Shown: positions 35,282-44,297 of the stretch, one piece after another
How positions within the stretch are numbered: position 1 is the first letter of the stretch
Layout of the letters: the number at the start of each line of letters is the position of its first letter
Virus record (IMG/VR): IMGVR_UViG_3300043602_000144
Source: an uncultured virus (IMG/VR IMGVR_UViG_3300043602_000144)
Lineage: Duplodnaviria; Heunggongvirae; Uroviricota; Caudoviricetes
DNA: 64,000 nucleotides
Strand: one strand, 5' to 3'
Notes under the pieces: model-generated
Databases searched by the model: none
Seen by the model: the letters and a program-made list of their open reading frames with translations, nothing else
What the model was told of the DNA's origin: nothing
Program-made: the position numbers and the translations under genes

Positions 35282-38232
35282 CAGGCTGCTCCGATATCAG
35301 AGTAAGAACTCCATCTGGCTTCGCGAACTTCCCGGTCTGCTGATCGTCTCAATGTGCTTCTGGCGAACTGCATATCGTTGTCGTTCACCTTGACGTTCAT
35401 CTGAACCGGAACATCGTACTGCCGATCTTCTCCCCAAGGCGTGGCAGTAGTGCCAGTCGGCGACGCACCTGTCGGTGGTCCTGCAACCGGAGAAGGTGCT
35501 GCTTGCCCTTGAGGAGGTGTGCCGCGCCTGATAGACTTGATCGACTGGCGAGTATGCCATGTCGTACCGACAGCACCGCCTCCAGCCTTCGCGCCGCCGG
35601 TATTACCTTGCAGCATTTCGTATTCGGTCTGACCCTGCGCATTCACCCGAGTCTTGCCAGTGTGAATACCGACGTGACCTTTGCTTGGATCTCGTCCTCT
35701 GTCGAAAACGAACACGTCGCCCTTCAGCAGTGCATCCGATGCACCGACGCTCTTGCCCCAGTTCAAGAACGACTTCGCCGCCCACGATCCGGTGCCGGGC
35801 ATTCCAGCATGCTGCACCACACCGTTGACAAAGGCTGCGCACCAAGCATTCTGTTCGCCGCTCAGGCTCCGGCCGCCTGTCTTCATATAGTCAGATAGAA
35901 TCTGCCGGTGCGAACTCTCGTTCAGTCCCAACATCTTCATCGCATCGTCAACAGAACCACCGATACCTGTTGCCGCACCAGTTCCTGGCGCTGGAGGCTG
36001 CGGCACGCCGCTGCTCGGGTCAGTTGATGCAACTTGCGGATTGACAGAAGCTTTGGTTGCTAAGGATTTTTGTGCTGCAGCAACTCCACTCGGCCAAGAT
36101 CTGTTGAGTCCGCCTGGATCATTCGCTGCACCGGGCGGCGCATACTTCTTCGCCATCTTGTCGACGTCGCCGCCAGCTTCCCGGTAGTTCTTGCCGATGG
36201 TTCGGCCTGCAGCCTCGATGCCTGCATCAACGTCTTTGAATGTCTGACCCTTGGACCAATTGGTTTTCGGATCCATCAATCCAGCAGGATTGTTTCTATC
36301 CCGCAACATCTTCGAGGTGCCGCCGCCGGTTTCATGCGACATGATCCCGGCCATTAGCGATGGTGGCACGCCGTTCTTCTTCGCTTCCTCTACGACCTTG
36401 TCATACTTGCCTTCGAGCGGAGTGCCCTTGAACTTCGCATCGAAAGCCGCACGATCGAGATCTCCTCCGGCCGCGCCACCGCTTGGTGCAGAACTCGGTG
36501 CAGAGCTTGGAGCGGAACTCGGCGCAGAACTCGGGGCGGAACTTGGAGTATAGCTTGGACCGTTAGGGGTGTATGAAGCGTTCGTGACTCTAGGAGTTCC
36601 GTCACCTCCAGGACCTGGAGCCGCTGCAGCACCACGTCCTCCGAGGGAGGCTTTCCATATCCGAACTTCCTCGCTGCCGTCCGGCAGCGCCATCGACATC
36701 TTTTTGATTTGTTCGCCGGTGTCCTGGGCCTGCTTGCCAAGCTCCTGAAGACGTTCACGCGCCTTCTTCTCGAGCGCATCTTGAAGAGCACTGTTCGCCT
36801 TCGCCCTGCGGTTCTGTTCTTCCGTCCCACCCTTGACGGTTCGTTCGCCTTCCCATTTATCTTTGAAAGGCGCGTCTCCGCGGAGCCCGAAAAGGGAATT
36901 ACCTTTCGGCCCAAGCATCAGGTCATCCCACTCTTCGTCGGTCATCGGCAGTTCTTCTGGGTACTCACCTTTGTTGAACAGGTAGTCCCAAAGACCCTTC
37001 GCGACCTTGATCTCCTTGCGCAGCTTTTGGAACTGGTCGGTCATGCCCTTGATCGCGGTCGTCGCACCCATCGTGTCTAATAGTGCTCCCATCTCGTTCC
37101 CCAAAGTATCAACCGATGCAATCAATCTATCAACGGCGGCCTTCGGCCCTTCCATCACGTTCGTGTAGCCCTTCGCGTAGGTGCCTGCGGAGTTGGCTTG
37201 ATCGTCGATGATCTTCCCGAGTTCCTTGTAATCCTTCAGCAGGATACGAATCGCAGCACGTTCTTTCGGGCTGAACTTCGACAGGATGGCGTCTCTGTCC
37301 TTGGCTCTGGAAATCATCCCGATGTAGACACCGACGGCGCTCTTGCCTTCGGCTTGCGCCGCACGCAGTCTGTTCTGCAAACCTTCCGCGGTTCCAGTGA
37401 GTGCCTTCGACACGTCCGGATCAGTGATGCCTTCTAGCATCTTGCTGAGAAGCATTGCTGATCGGCCGGTATTGCCGGTGACTTTCTGCAGCGAGCCCAG
37501 CAAAGCCATCGTTTCGTTGATGCCACCGGCTCCCTTGATGCCCCACTCAGACATCGCCTCTGATAGCTTCGGGGCGTTCTTGGTGAGTTCCTCTGCGTTC
37601 AGTCTGAGATCAAAGACGCCTTTGGCAACCGAGTCCAGAACCTTGTCGAGATCCTCCGCAGGCACCTCCATGTTGCGCATCATCTGTGCCACAGCCGTGC
37701 TCAGTTGACCGACATCTGTTCCCATAGACCGCGCTGCCTTGGCGACCTTCGGGAACATCGCCTCGGTCTCCTCCAGCGTGAGGCCGAGTTCTTCTCGCAA
37801 CTGATTGAATGCACTGCCAAGAATGGGTGCGGATACGCCTACTTCCTGAGCCAGCCTGTGAATAGATTCTCCGGTGTACTCGATCTGCTCGCGCGTTGCA
37901 CCGGCTTGGTTCTGCATCAGTCTCATTTGATGATCGAACTCTGCGAAGCCGAGGAAGGATCTTCGCGCAGTCTCGATCGCAGCACCGACTCCAAGAAAGC
38001 GTGAGGCCATGCCGCCGAGATGTGAGTTGATCCCGCCGAGTGCGCCGCCGAGCTTGGTGAACGAGCCGATTCCGCTGTTGGCAGCCTTGTTCGAGTTCTT
38101 CTCGAGCTCGTTGAAGGTCCTAGAAATCTGTCGCTCGAGCTTGGCGAAGTTCGTGGCGCAAGCATTCAGTGCCTTGGCCGTGTCATCGACCGCGGTCAAT
38201 CTTATTTTGGCTTCCTGTTCTTGTGTCGGCAT
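35281..38232 (-). CDS. Tape measure protein with C-terminal lysozyme-like and CHAP/NlpC-like domains
   Basis: Helical N-terminus; GIMSHETG..NNPAGL..KYAP; AWCAAFVN..GHVG..QGN. Confidence 0.88.
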   Translation of the reverse strand: MPTQEQEAKIRLTAVDDTAKALNACATNFAKLERQISRTFNELEKNSNKAANSGIGSFTKLGGALGGINSHLGGMASRFLGVGAAIETARRSFLGFAEFDHQMRLMQNQAGATREQIEYTGESIHRLAQEVGVSAPILGSAFNQLREELGLTLEETEAMFPKVAKAARSMGTDVGQLSTAVAQMMRNMEVPAEDLDKVLDSVAKGVFDLRLNAEELTKNAPKLSEAMSEWGIKGAGGINETMALLGSLQKVTGNTGRSAMLLSKMLEGITDPDVSKALTGTAEGLQNRLRAAQAEGKSAVGVYIGMISRAKDRDAILSKFSPKERAAIRILLKDYKELGKIIDDQANSAGTYAKGYTNVMEGPKAAVDRLIASVDTLGNEMGALLDTMGATTAIKGMTDQFQKLRKEIKVAKGLWDYLFNKGEYPEELPMTDEEWDDLMLGPKGNSLFGLRGDAPFKDKWEGERTVKGGTEEQNRRAKANSALQDALEKKARERLQELGKQAQDTGEQIKKMSMALPDGSEEVRIWKASLGGRGAAAAPGPGGDGTPRVTNASYTPNGPSYTPSSAPSSAPSSAPSSAPSSAPSGGAAGGDLDRAAFDAKFKGTPLEGKYDKVVEEAKKNGVPPSLMAGIMSHETGGGTSKMLRDRNNPAGLMDPKTNWSKGQTFKDVDAGIEAAGRTIGKNYREAGGDVDKMAKKYAPPGAANDPGGLNRSWPSGVAAAQKSLATKASVNPQVASTDPSSGVPQPPAPGTGAATGIGGSVDDAMKMLGLNESSHRQILSDYMKTGGRSLSGEQNAWCAAFVNGVVQHAGMPGTGSWAAKSFLNWGKSVGASDALLKGDVFVFDRGRDPSKGHVGIHTGKTRVNAQGQTEYEMLQGNTGGAKAGGGAVGTTWHTRQSIKSIRRGTPPQGQAAPSPVAGPPTGASPTGTTATPWGEDRQYDVPVQMNVKVNDNDMQFARSTLRRSADREVREARWSSYSDIGAA

Positions 38233-38233
38233 G

Positions 38234-38677
38234 CTACGGCTCGTCGCTCAGGTCGAAGCCTGGATTCGTGTCTACCGGAAGCGGTGCGCCAGGACCTTGC
38301 ATCGGTCTTCCTCCGCCGTTAGTAGCAGGGGCAACGGCGGCCATGGCCGCAGCAAATTCAGCCTCAGTCGAGTTCGTTCGAGGCTGAGGAACATTGCCAG
38401 CCTCGATATCACCTCTGATTTCTGGCGTCAGCAGTGACAAGAAAGCTTCCATCACTCGGTCAGCGTCGGGGTAGCGAATATCACGGATTAGTGACTCCTC
38501 GACCCCGGACATGTCGACGAGCAACTCGATCATCGTCTTCCAGTGTCCTTCATTCCAGCGCAGCACATGGCCAAGACGAAGCGGAGAGAGGGTGATAGAT
38601 TCAACCCGCTTTCCCATGTAGTCGAACGGGATATAAAGCTGGACCGTTCTTCCTCCAAGCTTGTCATGCGTTATCAT
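38234..38677 (-). CDS. Tail assembly chaperone
   Basis: Position between tube and tape measure genes; LYIPFDY.G..ITL..YPDADRV. Confidence 0.7.
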   Translation of the reverse strand: MITHDKLGGRTVQLYIPFDYMGKRVESITLSPLRLGHVLRWNEGHWKTMIELLVDMSGVEESLIRDIRYPDADRVMEAFLSLLTPEIRGDIEAGNVPQPRTNSTEAEFAAAMAAVAPATNGGGRPMQGPGAPLPVDTNPGFDLSDEP

Positions 38678-38820
38678 TGTTGATACCAGATCGCTACCAC
38701 GTTCTCCCCCTTGTTGACCCGCTGATCAACAATCTTGACATCAGTGGTGGGGCCTGCGCCATCGGCGTCGACCACCACCACTCGCTTGTTCTCATCCTGC
38801 CGCTGCAGGATGATGATCAT
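38674..38820 (-). CDS. Small hypothetical protein (not in ORF track)
   Basis: AAGGAG RBS, MIIILQRQDENKR..WYQQ, ATGA overlap with the chaperone gene. Confidence 0.55.
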   Translation of the reverse strand: MIIILQRQDENKRVVVVDADGAGPTTDVKIVDQRVNKGENVVAIWYQQ

Positions 38821-38831
38821 CTCCTTCACCG

Positions 38832-39404
38832 TCATACGGCAACGCCAGGAATGGCCAGCAGCCTGATCATCTCATCGTTGAGATCAACACCACCAATGCG
38901 CCGGGTCGAGGTGAAGAAGTCCCAGAAGTAGATCTCGAGGGGCTCCGTGTCAGGCTCGACCTGCATGTAGAGTTCGTAATGCACGATCGATCGCAGGCTG
39001 TACTCGTGCGACATCAAGTTGCCCTTCGAGAAGGCGGTCGGGTTCACACGACCCATCCGCCCCTCGATCACGGCGACAGACTGCAACGCCTCAGCGCTTC
39101 GCCTGTCACGGATGAGACCGTAGGCAGTGAAGCGCTGATAGGACCGGGCGTTCTGGCCGATGAAGACCATGATGTCCGGATCCCACCCGGCCAAGTTAAA
39201 GGTCGCCTCCAGCTTGTTCAGGTGCGTCGGTATCTCGATCGCCAGCGGCGCACCTCCAGGCGTGTGGTCAACGTAGTTCTCTTCGAGACCCGGCAGCTTC
39301 AGTTCCTGAAGAACCAAGTGCGTGCTGATGCCGGGTGCAGACTCGTTGCCGGTGTCCCCGCAAATCAAGTTCGCGGACTCCATCGTGTAGATCGTCTGAG
39401 ACAT
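38832..39404 (-). CDS. Tail tube protein (P2 FII-like)
   Basis: IYTMESANL, ELKLP, LEATF; follows the sheath gene. Confidence 0.88.
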   Translation of the reverse strand: MSQTIYTMESANLICGDTGNESAPGISTHLVLQELKLPGLEENYVDHTPGGAPLAIEIPTHLNKLEATFNLAGWDPDIMVFIGQNARSYQRFTAYGLIRDRRSAEALQSVAVIEGRMGRVNPTAFSKGNLMSHEYSLRSIVHYELYMQVEPDTEPLEIYFWDFFTSTRRIGGVDLNDEMIRLLAIPGVAV

Positions 39405-39432
39405 AAGAAGATCCTTTCGTATGATCGATGGG

Positions 39433-41199
39433 TTACACCGATGCGAGGTTCAGCTGAGTGGCGAGATCCGCCACCATTGCGTCGATAGCCTCGCGGTAGC
39501 GAGACGACTCGATGGTCAGGTGCTTGAGCACCGGAGGCTCTTCCGCCTTGAAGCCGACGGTCAACTTGCCCAAACGAATTTGTTCAGGTGAATTGCCCTC
39601 TGCTCTGAAGTTGACCTTGTATCCGAGAATGTGCTGGTCGGCATGCAGGTCACGAAGGAAGAACTTCATCGTGTTCAAGATAGCCTGCACGGTATGGCCG
39701 ATGATGTTGTACCGACCGAGGTACCAGCGCAATGCGCGGAGCAGCCCGAGGTGGATGTAGTCACGTCCACGCATGACGTTGTACATCCTCCAGAGTTCGT
39801 CCTCGCCGGCGTTGTCGGTCGAGATCAACACGAAGCCACCCGATGCAATGGCAAAGTCGTCGCCGACTTCACCACGAATAAGCACACCGATGTTGAAGGC
39901 AAGAAGCTCCTGCGCTTCGTTAGCGGAATCAGTGAGACTGAAACCGATTTCCCGGTTCGGGGAGATGATGCCCTGCACCGGCTGGTTCGCCGCGGAGTGG
40001 AACGGCGCACCCGTAGCGTGATCCCTCGCCACCATGATACCCGCCATGCGAGGGGCCAGCGGCCGAATCATGATGAACGACGTAGCTGGGTCCATGACCC
40101 GACAGCCACCCGACAGCGGAATCAGCCGCTGCGACTGCATGGTCTCGCGCCAGTCGATGTCGTTCTGCATCGAAGAGCCTGCCGACTCTACGATCATGTG
40201 GCCCATCAACTGATTGCAGATCGCCGTGGCCCCGGCAACAACTGGATTCGCACCAGTAACGAGACTGCAAGTGTAGGTCGCCGTCGTTCCAGTGGTCCCC
40301 CACGTTATCGTGAAAGCTGCGCCGGTCCCTGATCCAGTCGAGGACAGCGGAGCCTGCGCAATTGCCGGAGGGGTTTCCGTACCGACGATGAAGCCGGGAC
40401 TAGAAACGGTCGCCGTCAGCACTGCACCACCGACAGCCTCGATAGTAGCAATGGTGAGGATCACGTCGTTCGGCAGCATCAGTTGCTCACCGACCTGATA
40501 GCCAATGCCGCCCGTCGCTACTGCGGCAGAGTTAGCCTTGTTGCCGGGAGGCGGAGCAGTGATCGTCGGCGCCGATGTGTACCACGCACCTGGAAGTTCT
40601 AGTTCGACAGGACCGAGCTGACCGTTGCTCATTCCGAAAGCGTGACCTTCGGCCTGAACTGCATTTGGTCCACCGGCGCTGAACGTGACCGGATAGAGAT
40701 GATCAGTGATATAGTTCGTTCCAGGCGCTGTCCGCTCAATGGCACCGACACCGTTGGCCATCTGCGAGGTATAACCTGGAGCAGTCAGAATGCGAGGCGT
40801 GAAGCCGAGCTTGGCAGATGACTTCAAGAACGCCCACATGCCGGTGCCGTTCAGCGAATCACCAGCGATCTTGCTGATGGTCTGCTGCTGCTTGATCGCA
40901 GGATCTGGATCCGTTCCCTCTGCGGTTCTGACGATCACGATCCTCGCGGCGAACTGAGTTTCGCCGAGTTGATCATTGACCCCTCGAACTGCATCGGAAA
41001 GATAACCCATCTCGCCAAGCTTCTTCGTCTTGCTCGAGTCGTTCGAGTTCAGAAATACTGGCGTGTCCAGCGGATAGACGGTAGGATCGGCGAGGGGTGC
41101 TGGCCCCACGATGCCGATGGTAGAAAGGTCTGCGGCCATGACTGGTCGCGCGCCTTCATCAACGCGTCGAATGCTTATGCCAAAGGTAGGGTCGGCCAT
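39433..41199 (-). CDS. Contractile tail sheath protein (P2 FI-like)
   Basis: STIGIVG, TPRILTAPG, HSAAN, NSPEQIRLGKL..EPP. Confidence 0.92.
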   Translation of the reverse strand: MADPTFGISIRRVDEGARPVMAADLSTIGIVGPAPLADPTVYPLDTPVFLNSNDSSKTKKLGEMGYLSDAVRGVNDQLGETQFAARIVIVRTAEGTDPDPAIKQQQTISKIAGDSLNGTGMWAFLKSSAKLGFTPRILTAPGYTSQMANGVGAIERTAPGTNYITDHLYPVTFSAGGPNAVQAEGHAFGMSNGQLGPVELELPGAWYTSAPTITAPPPGNKANSAAVATGGIGYQVGEQLMLPNDVILTIATIEAVGGAVLTATVSSPGFIVGTETPPAIAQAPLSSTGSGTGAAFTITWGTTGTTATYTCSLVTGANPVVAGATAICNQLMGHMIVESAGSSMQNDIDWRETMQSQRLIPLSGGCRVMDPATSFIMIRPLAPRMAGIMVARDHATGAPFHSAANQPVQGIISPNREIGFSLTDSANEAQELLAFNIGVLIRGEVGDDFAIASGGFVLISTDNAGEDELWRMYNVMRGRDYIHLGLLRALRWYLGRYNIIGHTVQAILNTMKFFLRDLHADQHILGYKVNFRAEGNSPEQIRLGKLTVGFKAEEPPVLKHLTIESSRYREAIDAMVADLATQLNLASV

Positions 41200-41217
41200 G
41201 AGGTTACACTCCTGTTG

Positions 41218-41511
41218 CTAGAAAGGTGCCGCTGGAGTCATGATCTCCAACTGCTTGACTGTCAGTGCATGAAGGCGTACTGACAGAATCAACTCTGGCT
41301 CTGCGCCGGTAACGGGTGCAGAGAAGATACGCAGTTCGCGAACGTAGTCTCCCAAGTTTTGATCCTGAACGATCGAAGTGACAACGACCGACCCGACCGG
41401 GTTGATCTCCATCTTCGACGATATTGTTTTCAGGGCTGAAAGCGGATAGACCTCGTGCCCCGGCGGCAGCGGGATCGTCTGCCTTCCCTCAAAGAATGCT
41501 GCGTCAGCCAT
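41218..41511 (-). CDS. Hypothetical virion protein
   Basis: AGGAG RBS, start MADAAFF. Confidence 0.6.
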   Translation of the reverse strand: MADAAFFEGRQTIPLPPGHEVYPLSALKTISSKMEINPVGSVVVTSIVQDQNLGDYVRELRIFSAPVTGAEPELILSVRLHALTVKQLEIMTPAAPF

Positions 41512-41932
41512 CTCGTCTCCTGTTCCTTGACTTGAGTTTCTGAAGCAACTTAGCTCGATCCAGGCCAAGTTCTTCAATCAGGACATCAATCATTTCAGCG
41601 GGAGGATGCTTCTGTGTCCACGGTTGAAAACTCTTTCCGTCGAACCGCTTGTTTCGAAAATCCTCGTGCGCTTCGGTAACGCCGCTGACCTCGATCAACT
41701 TGCAGTCGATCGGGAACAACATCGAGGCGTCGTGAGCCGTGGCTACCACAACCATGTCGCCATCCACATTCTTCACAGTCATCTTGATGGTGTCAGTCTT
41801 GCGCAACTCCCTGGCCAACTCGTACCAATCGCGGCCGTCAGATATGCGCTTGCAGAACACTACGTTGTGCCGCTTGAGCGGGTGATCTGGCGGATCGTAG
41901 TGGACGAAGTCTCCGTGATCCCTGATGTCCAT
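41504..41932 (-). CDS. Tail fibre assembly-like protein
   Basis: SDGRDWYE..DASMLFP..LIEV; follows the fibre gene. Confidence 0.65.
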   Translation of the reverse strand: MDIRDHGDFVHYDPPDHPLKRHNVVFCKRISDGRDWYELARELRKTDTIKMTVKNVDGDMVVVATAHDASMLFPIDCKLIEVSGVTEAHEDFRNKRFDGKSFQPWTQKHPPAEMIDVLIEELGLDRAKLLQKLKSRNRRRDG

Positions 41933-41939
41933 TGTTGTC

Positions 41940-43811
41940 CTATGCGTAAGTCGTTGTATACCAGCCGCCACCGATTTCAACTTGTATGTAGCGATACTTG
42001 TTGATAACCGAGCCGTAGCCGTAGCCGCTGTCGACATAACCTGATGCGCTCATGACTCCGTGCGTGAAATTTTCATTTCCGTTGCCGACACCCTCTCCGG
42101 CGTAGACTAATCGCGTGGACCTGACCACTTGCTCATAACGAGTGTTCGCTGCAGACCAAGCATAGTTGCTAGCAGTCTGCGTGACATAGTCGTGTATCCA
42201 GCCATACTGCGGAGTCCAGATGTGTCCCGCGTTCGTGGTGTACATCACCCAGCCACGACCGTTCGACAGGAATCCGATCAGGTCGTTGTTGTGGTGTAAC
42301 CACATCGGACCCCAGTCGTTGTCGTAGAGTTCGAGATCACAAGAACCAGCACCGACCATCCTGATGCTGCCGTTGATGTTGGCCGCCCCATTCACCGTGA
42401 TCGCACCGTGCGAGGTTAGGCCCCACGTCGTCGCTCCGTATCCGTTGGTGGAGAGGGTGTTGCAGTTCAGCGTTCCGCAGCTCAGCGCGCCGCCGTTGGT
42501 CGAGAGACCTCCTCCTACGAAAAGGTGAGTAGCTCCGTCCCAAAGATGATAGGCCGATTTCGCAGCGTTCATCCAGAGGATACCAGTCGCGGTATTGGCA
42601 GCACGATAGGTCCACATGTCGCCGCTCAGGGCATCGTGATTGCCAGTCCCAGAGAGACCTCCGGTGTAGCTCAGCGCCTTGACGGCCATTGCACCAGTCG
42701 CACGGTTGATCGTCAGTGGCGCATCGAGGCTGGCTCCGGCATCGCTGTAGCGAACCACTTGAAAGTTCGATCCTGCATTGCCGCTACTTTCAGCGGAGGA
42801 ATCTCCAGGAACGACAGCCCATCGTTGAGCTCCGCCCGGATTGAACCCGACAATGGCGCGGGTCTGCGCTGCACCCGTGGTTCGCAGGCCAAGCGTTGGA
42901 CTGACTGTCGACAATGTCAAGTTGGCATTGACGATACCGCCTGCACCAAGCACCGCATCAACATAAGCTTTGGTCGTAGCATGCAGATTGTCTGTCGGCG
43001 GACCACTGAGACGAAGTGCGCCTGTCATCGTGTCGCCGCCGCGTTGCACGGCATTGGAAGTATACTCGATGATGCGCGAGCGTGTCCATCCAGTGGTCGT
43101 CAACGAAACATCGTTTGATCCAGCCGCCGGATGCACTCCGGGCTGCACTGCCGTGAACGGTCTCGTGCCGTCCTTGCGAACGTAAGATGTCAGATCAAGG
43201 CCGGATTCTGCCAAGTCTTCTGCAGCCTGCATGATTTCGGCGTGCAATGTCACAACCTCAGCGTGGTCCGCTACGACCTCGGTGTGCATCGGAGCAATTT
43301 CATCGTGATAAATCTTGGTCGAGTCTGCCATGCCCGGTGTTGACGAGACCATCCAACTATCATGCGGTCCAGCGTTGCCGTGTATCGCAGTGACTTCCAT
43401 TTCAAGCAAGCCATCGTCTTGATGATAGCCAATCAATCGTGCGATGGCATAATCATTCACAGAGTGTTCAACGATCAAGTATGGTGACGGCGTGAAGCTG
43501 TTGCGCTGCGGACCTTCATCGATAAAGATCGCCATGTAGCCCATGACCATCTTGTACGGTGTCGAGACCGGACCGAGCAGGAAGCCGAGCTTGGTGACGG
43601 CTATGATATCTTCAGTTGCCGGTATCAATATCTCGTTCATCCGCATCAATGCTGCAGCGCGGATTTCTTCTGTCAGCTGCTTGACAATATCCTGCTCCGA
43701 CTCCAATGATTGGAATCGGCCCTCCAGTGATGGCAGCAGCCTCTGCATATATGGCAGAAGCTGCGTGCCGGGCTTGAGGTCGAACTCTTCATCGAGTCGC
43801 TTCAGTGCCAT
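41940..43811 (-). CDS. Tail fibre protein
   Basis: GGDTMTGAL, HATTKAYVD, C-terminal YRYIQVEIGGGW. Confidence 0.85.
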   Translation of the reverse strand: MALKRLDEEFDLKPGTQLLPYMQRLLPSLEGRFQSLESEQDIVKQLTEEIRAAALMRMNEILIPATEDIIAVTKLGFLLGPVSTPYKMVMGYMAIFIDEGPQRNSFTPSPYLIVEHSVNDYAIARLIGYHQDDGLLEMEVTAIHGNAGPHDSWMVSSTPGMADSTKIYHDEIAPMHTEVVADHAEVVTLHAEIMQAAEDLAESGLDLTSYVRKDGTRPFTAVQPGVHPAAGSNDVSLTTTGWTRSRIIEYTSNAVQRGGDTMTGALRLSGPPTDNLHATTKAYVDAVLGAGGIVNANLTLSTVSPTLGLRTTGAAQTRAIVGFNPGGAQRWAVVPGDSSAESSGNAGSNFQVVRYSDAGASLDAPLTINRATGAMAVKALSYTGGLSGTGNHDALSGDMWTYRAANTATGILWMNAAKSAYHLWDGATHLFVGGGLSTNGGALSCGTLNCNTLSTNGYGATTWGLTSHGAITVNGAANINGSIRMVGAGSCDLELYDNDWGPMWLHHNNDLIGFLSNGRGWVMYTTNAGHIWTPQYGWIHDYVTQTASNYAWSAANTRYEQVVRSTRLVYAGEGVGNGNENFTHGVMSASGYVDSGYGYGSVINKYRYIQVEIGGGWYTTTYA

Positions 43812-43817
43812 GGTGAT

Positions 43818-44285
43818 TTAACCTTTGAATTCAATTGCTCTGCCGCTTGGCTGCGCATCTGGATCAACTGGAATCTCACCAAGCTCAACAGCGTCGATCA
43901 CCGCTGCGCTGACTTCGGTGCAAGCCTCACCTGTCATTTGATAGGACTTGCCAGGAGAAAGCATGCGCCCTGCGAACACGATGCCTTTGCCGAGTTTGAT
44001 TTCATAGACCTTGAGAGGATCGTAGCTGGCAGGCGGTGTAGCCCTTCCTTCCTTCCAGTCCGGAGGTGAATCTTCTGACGGAGATGAAGGGCCTCCTTGT
44101 ATGATTACTCGATCGTCGATCGTGACACCTTGCGCGACCTGCCGCCGCGAGCCTTTGCCGTCTGACGGTGTTGGAGAATATGATGGCTCAGTTCGAGCTG
44201 GAGCCATGCGCGCACGAGCAGCCTGAAGATCGGCTTCGCTGTACGGCACGTTGACATTTCGATTAGGATATTTATCCGTGGCCAT
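43818..44285 (-). CDS. Hypothetical virion protein
   Basis: AAGGAG RBS; within the tail operon. Confidence 0.6.
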   Translation of the reverse strand: MATDKYPNRNVNVPYSEADLQAARARMAPARTEPSYSPTPSDGKGSRRQVAQGVTIDDRVIIQGGPSSPSEDSPPDWKEGRATPPASYDPLKVYEIKLGKGIVFAGRMLSPGKSYQMTGEACTEVSAAVIDAVELGEIPVDPDAQPSGRAIEFKG

Positions 44286-44297
44286 GTTGGCTCCTTG

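Noticed and set aside
38234..38677. Programmed frameshift in the tail chaperone
   Set aside because: No clear slippery site, and the tape measure gene starts immediately after the stop.
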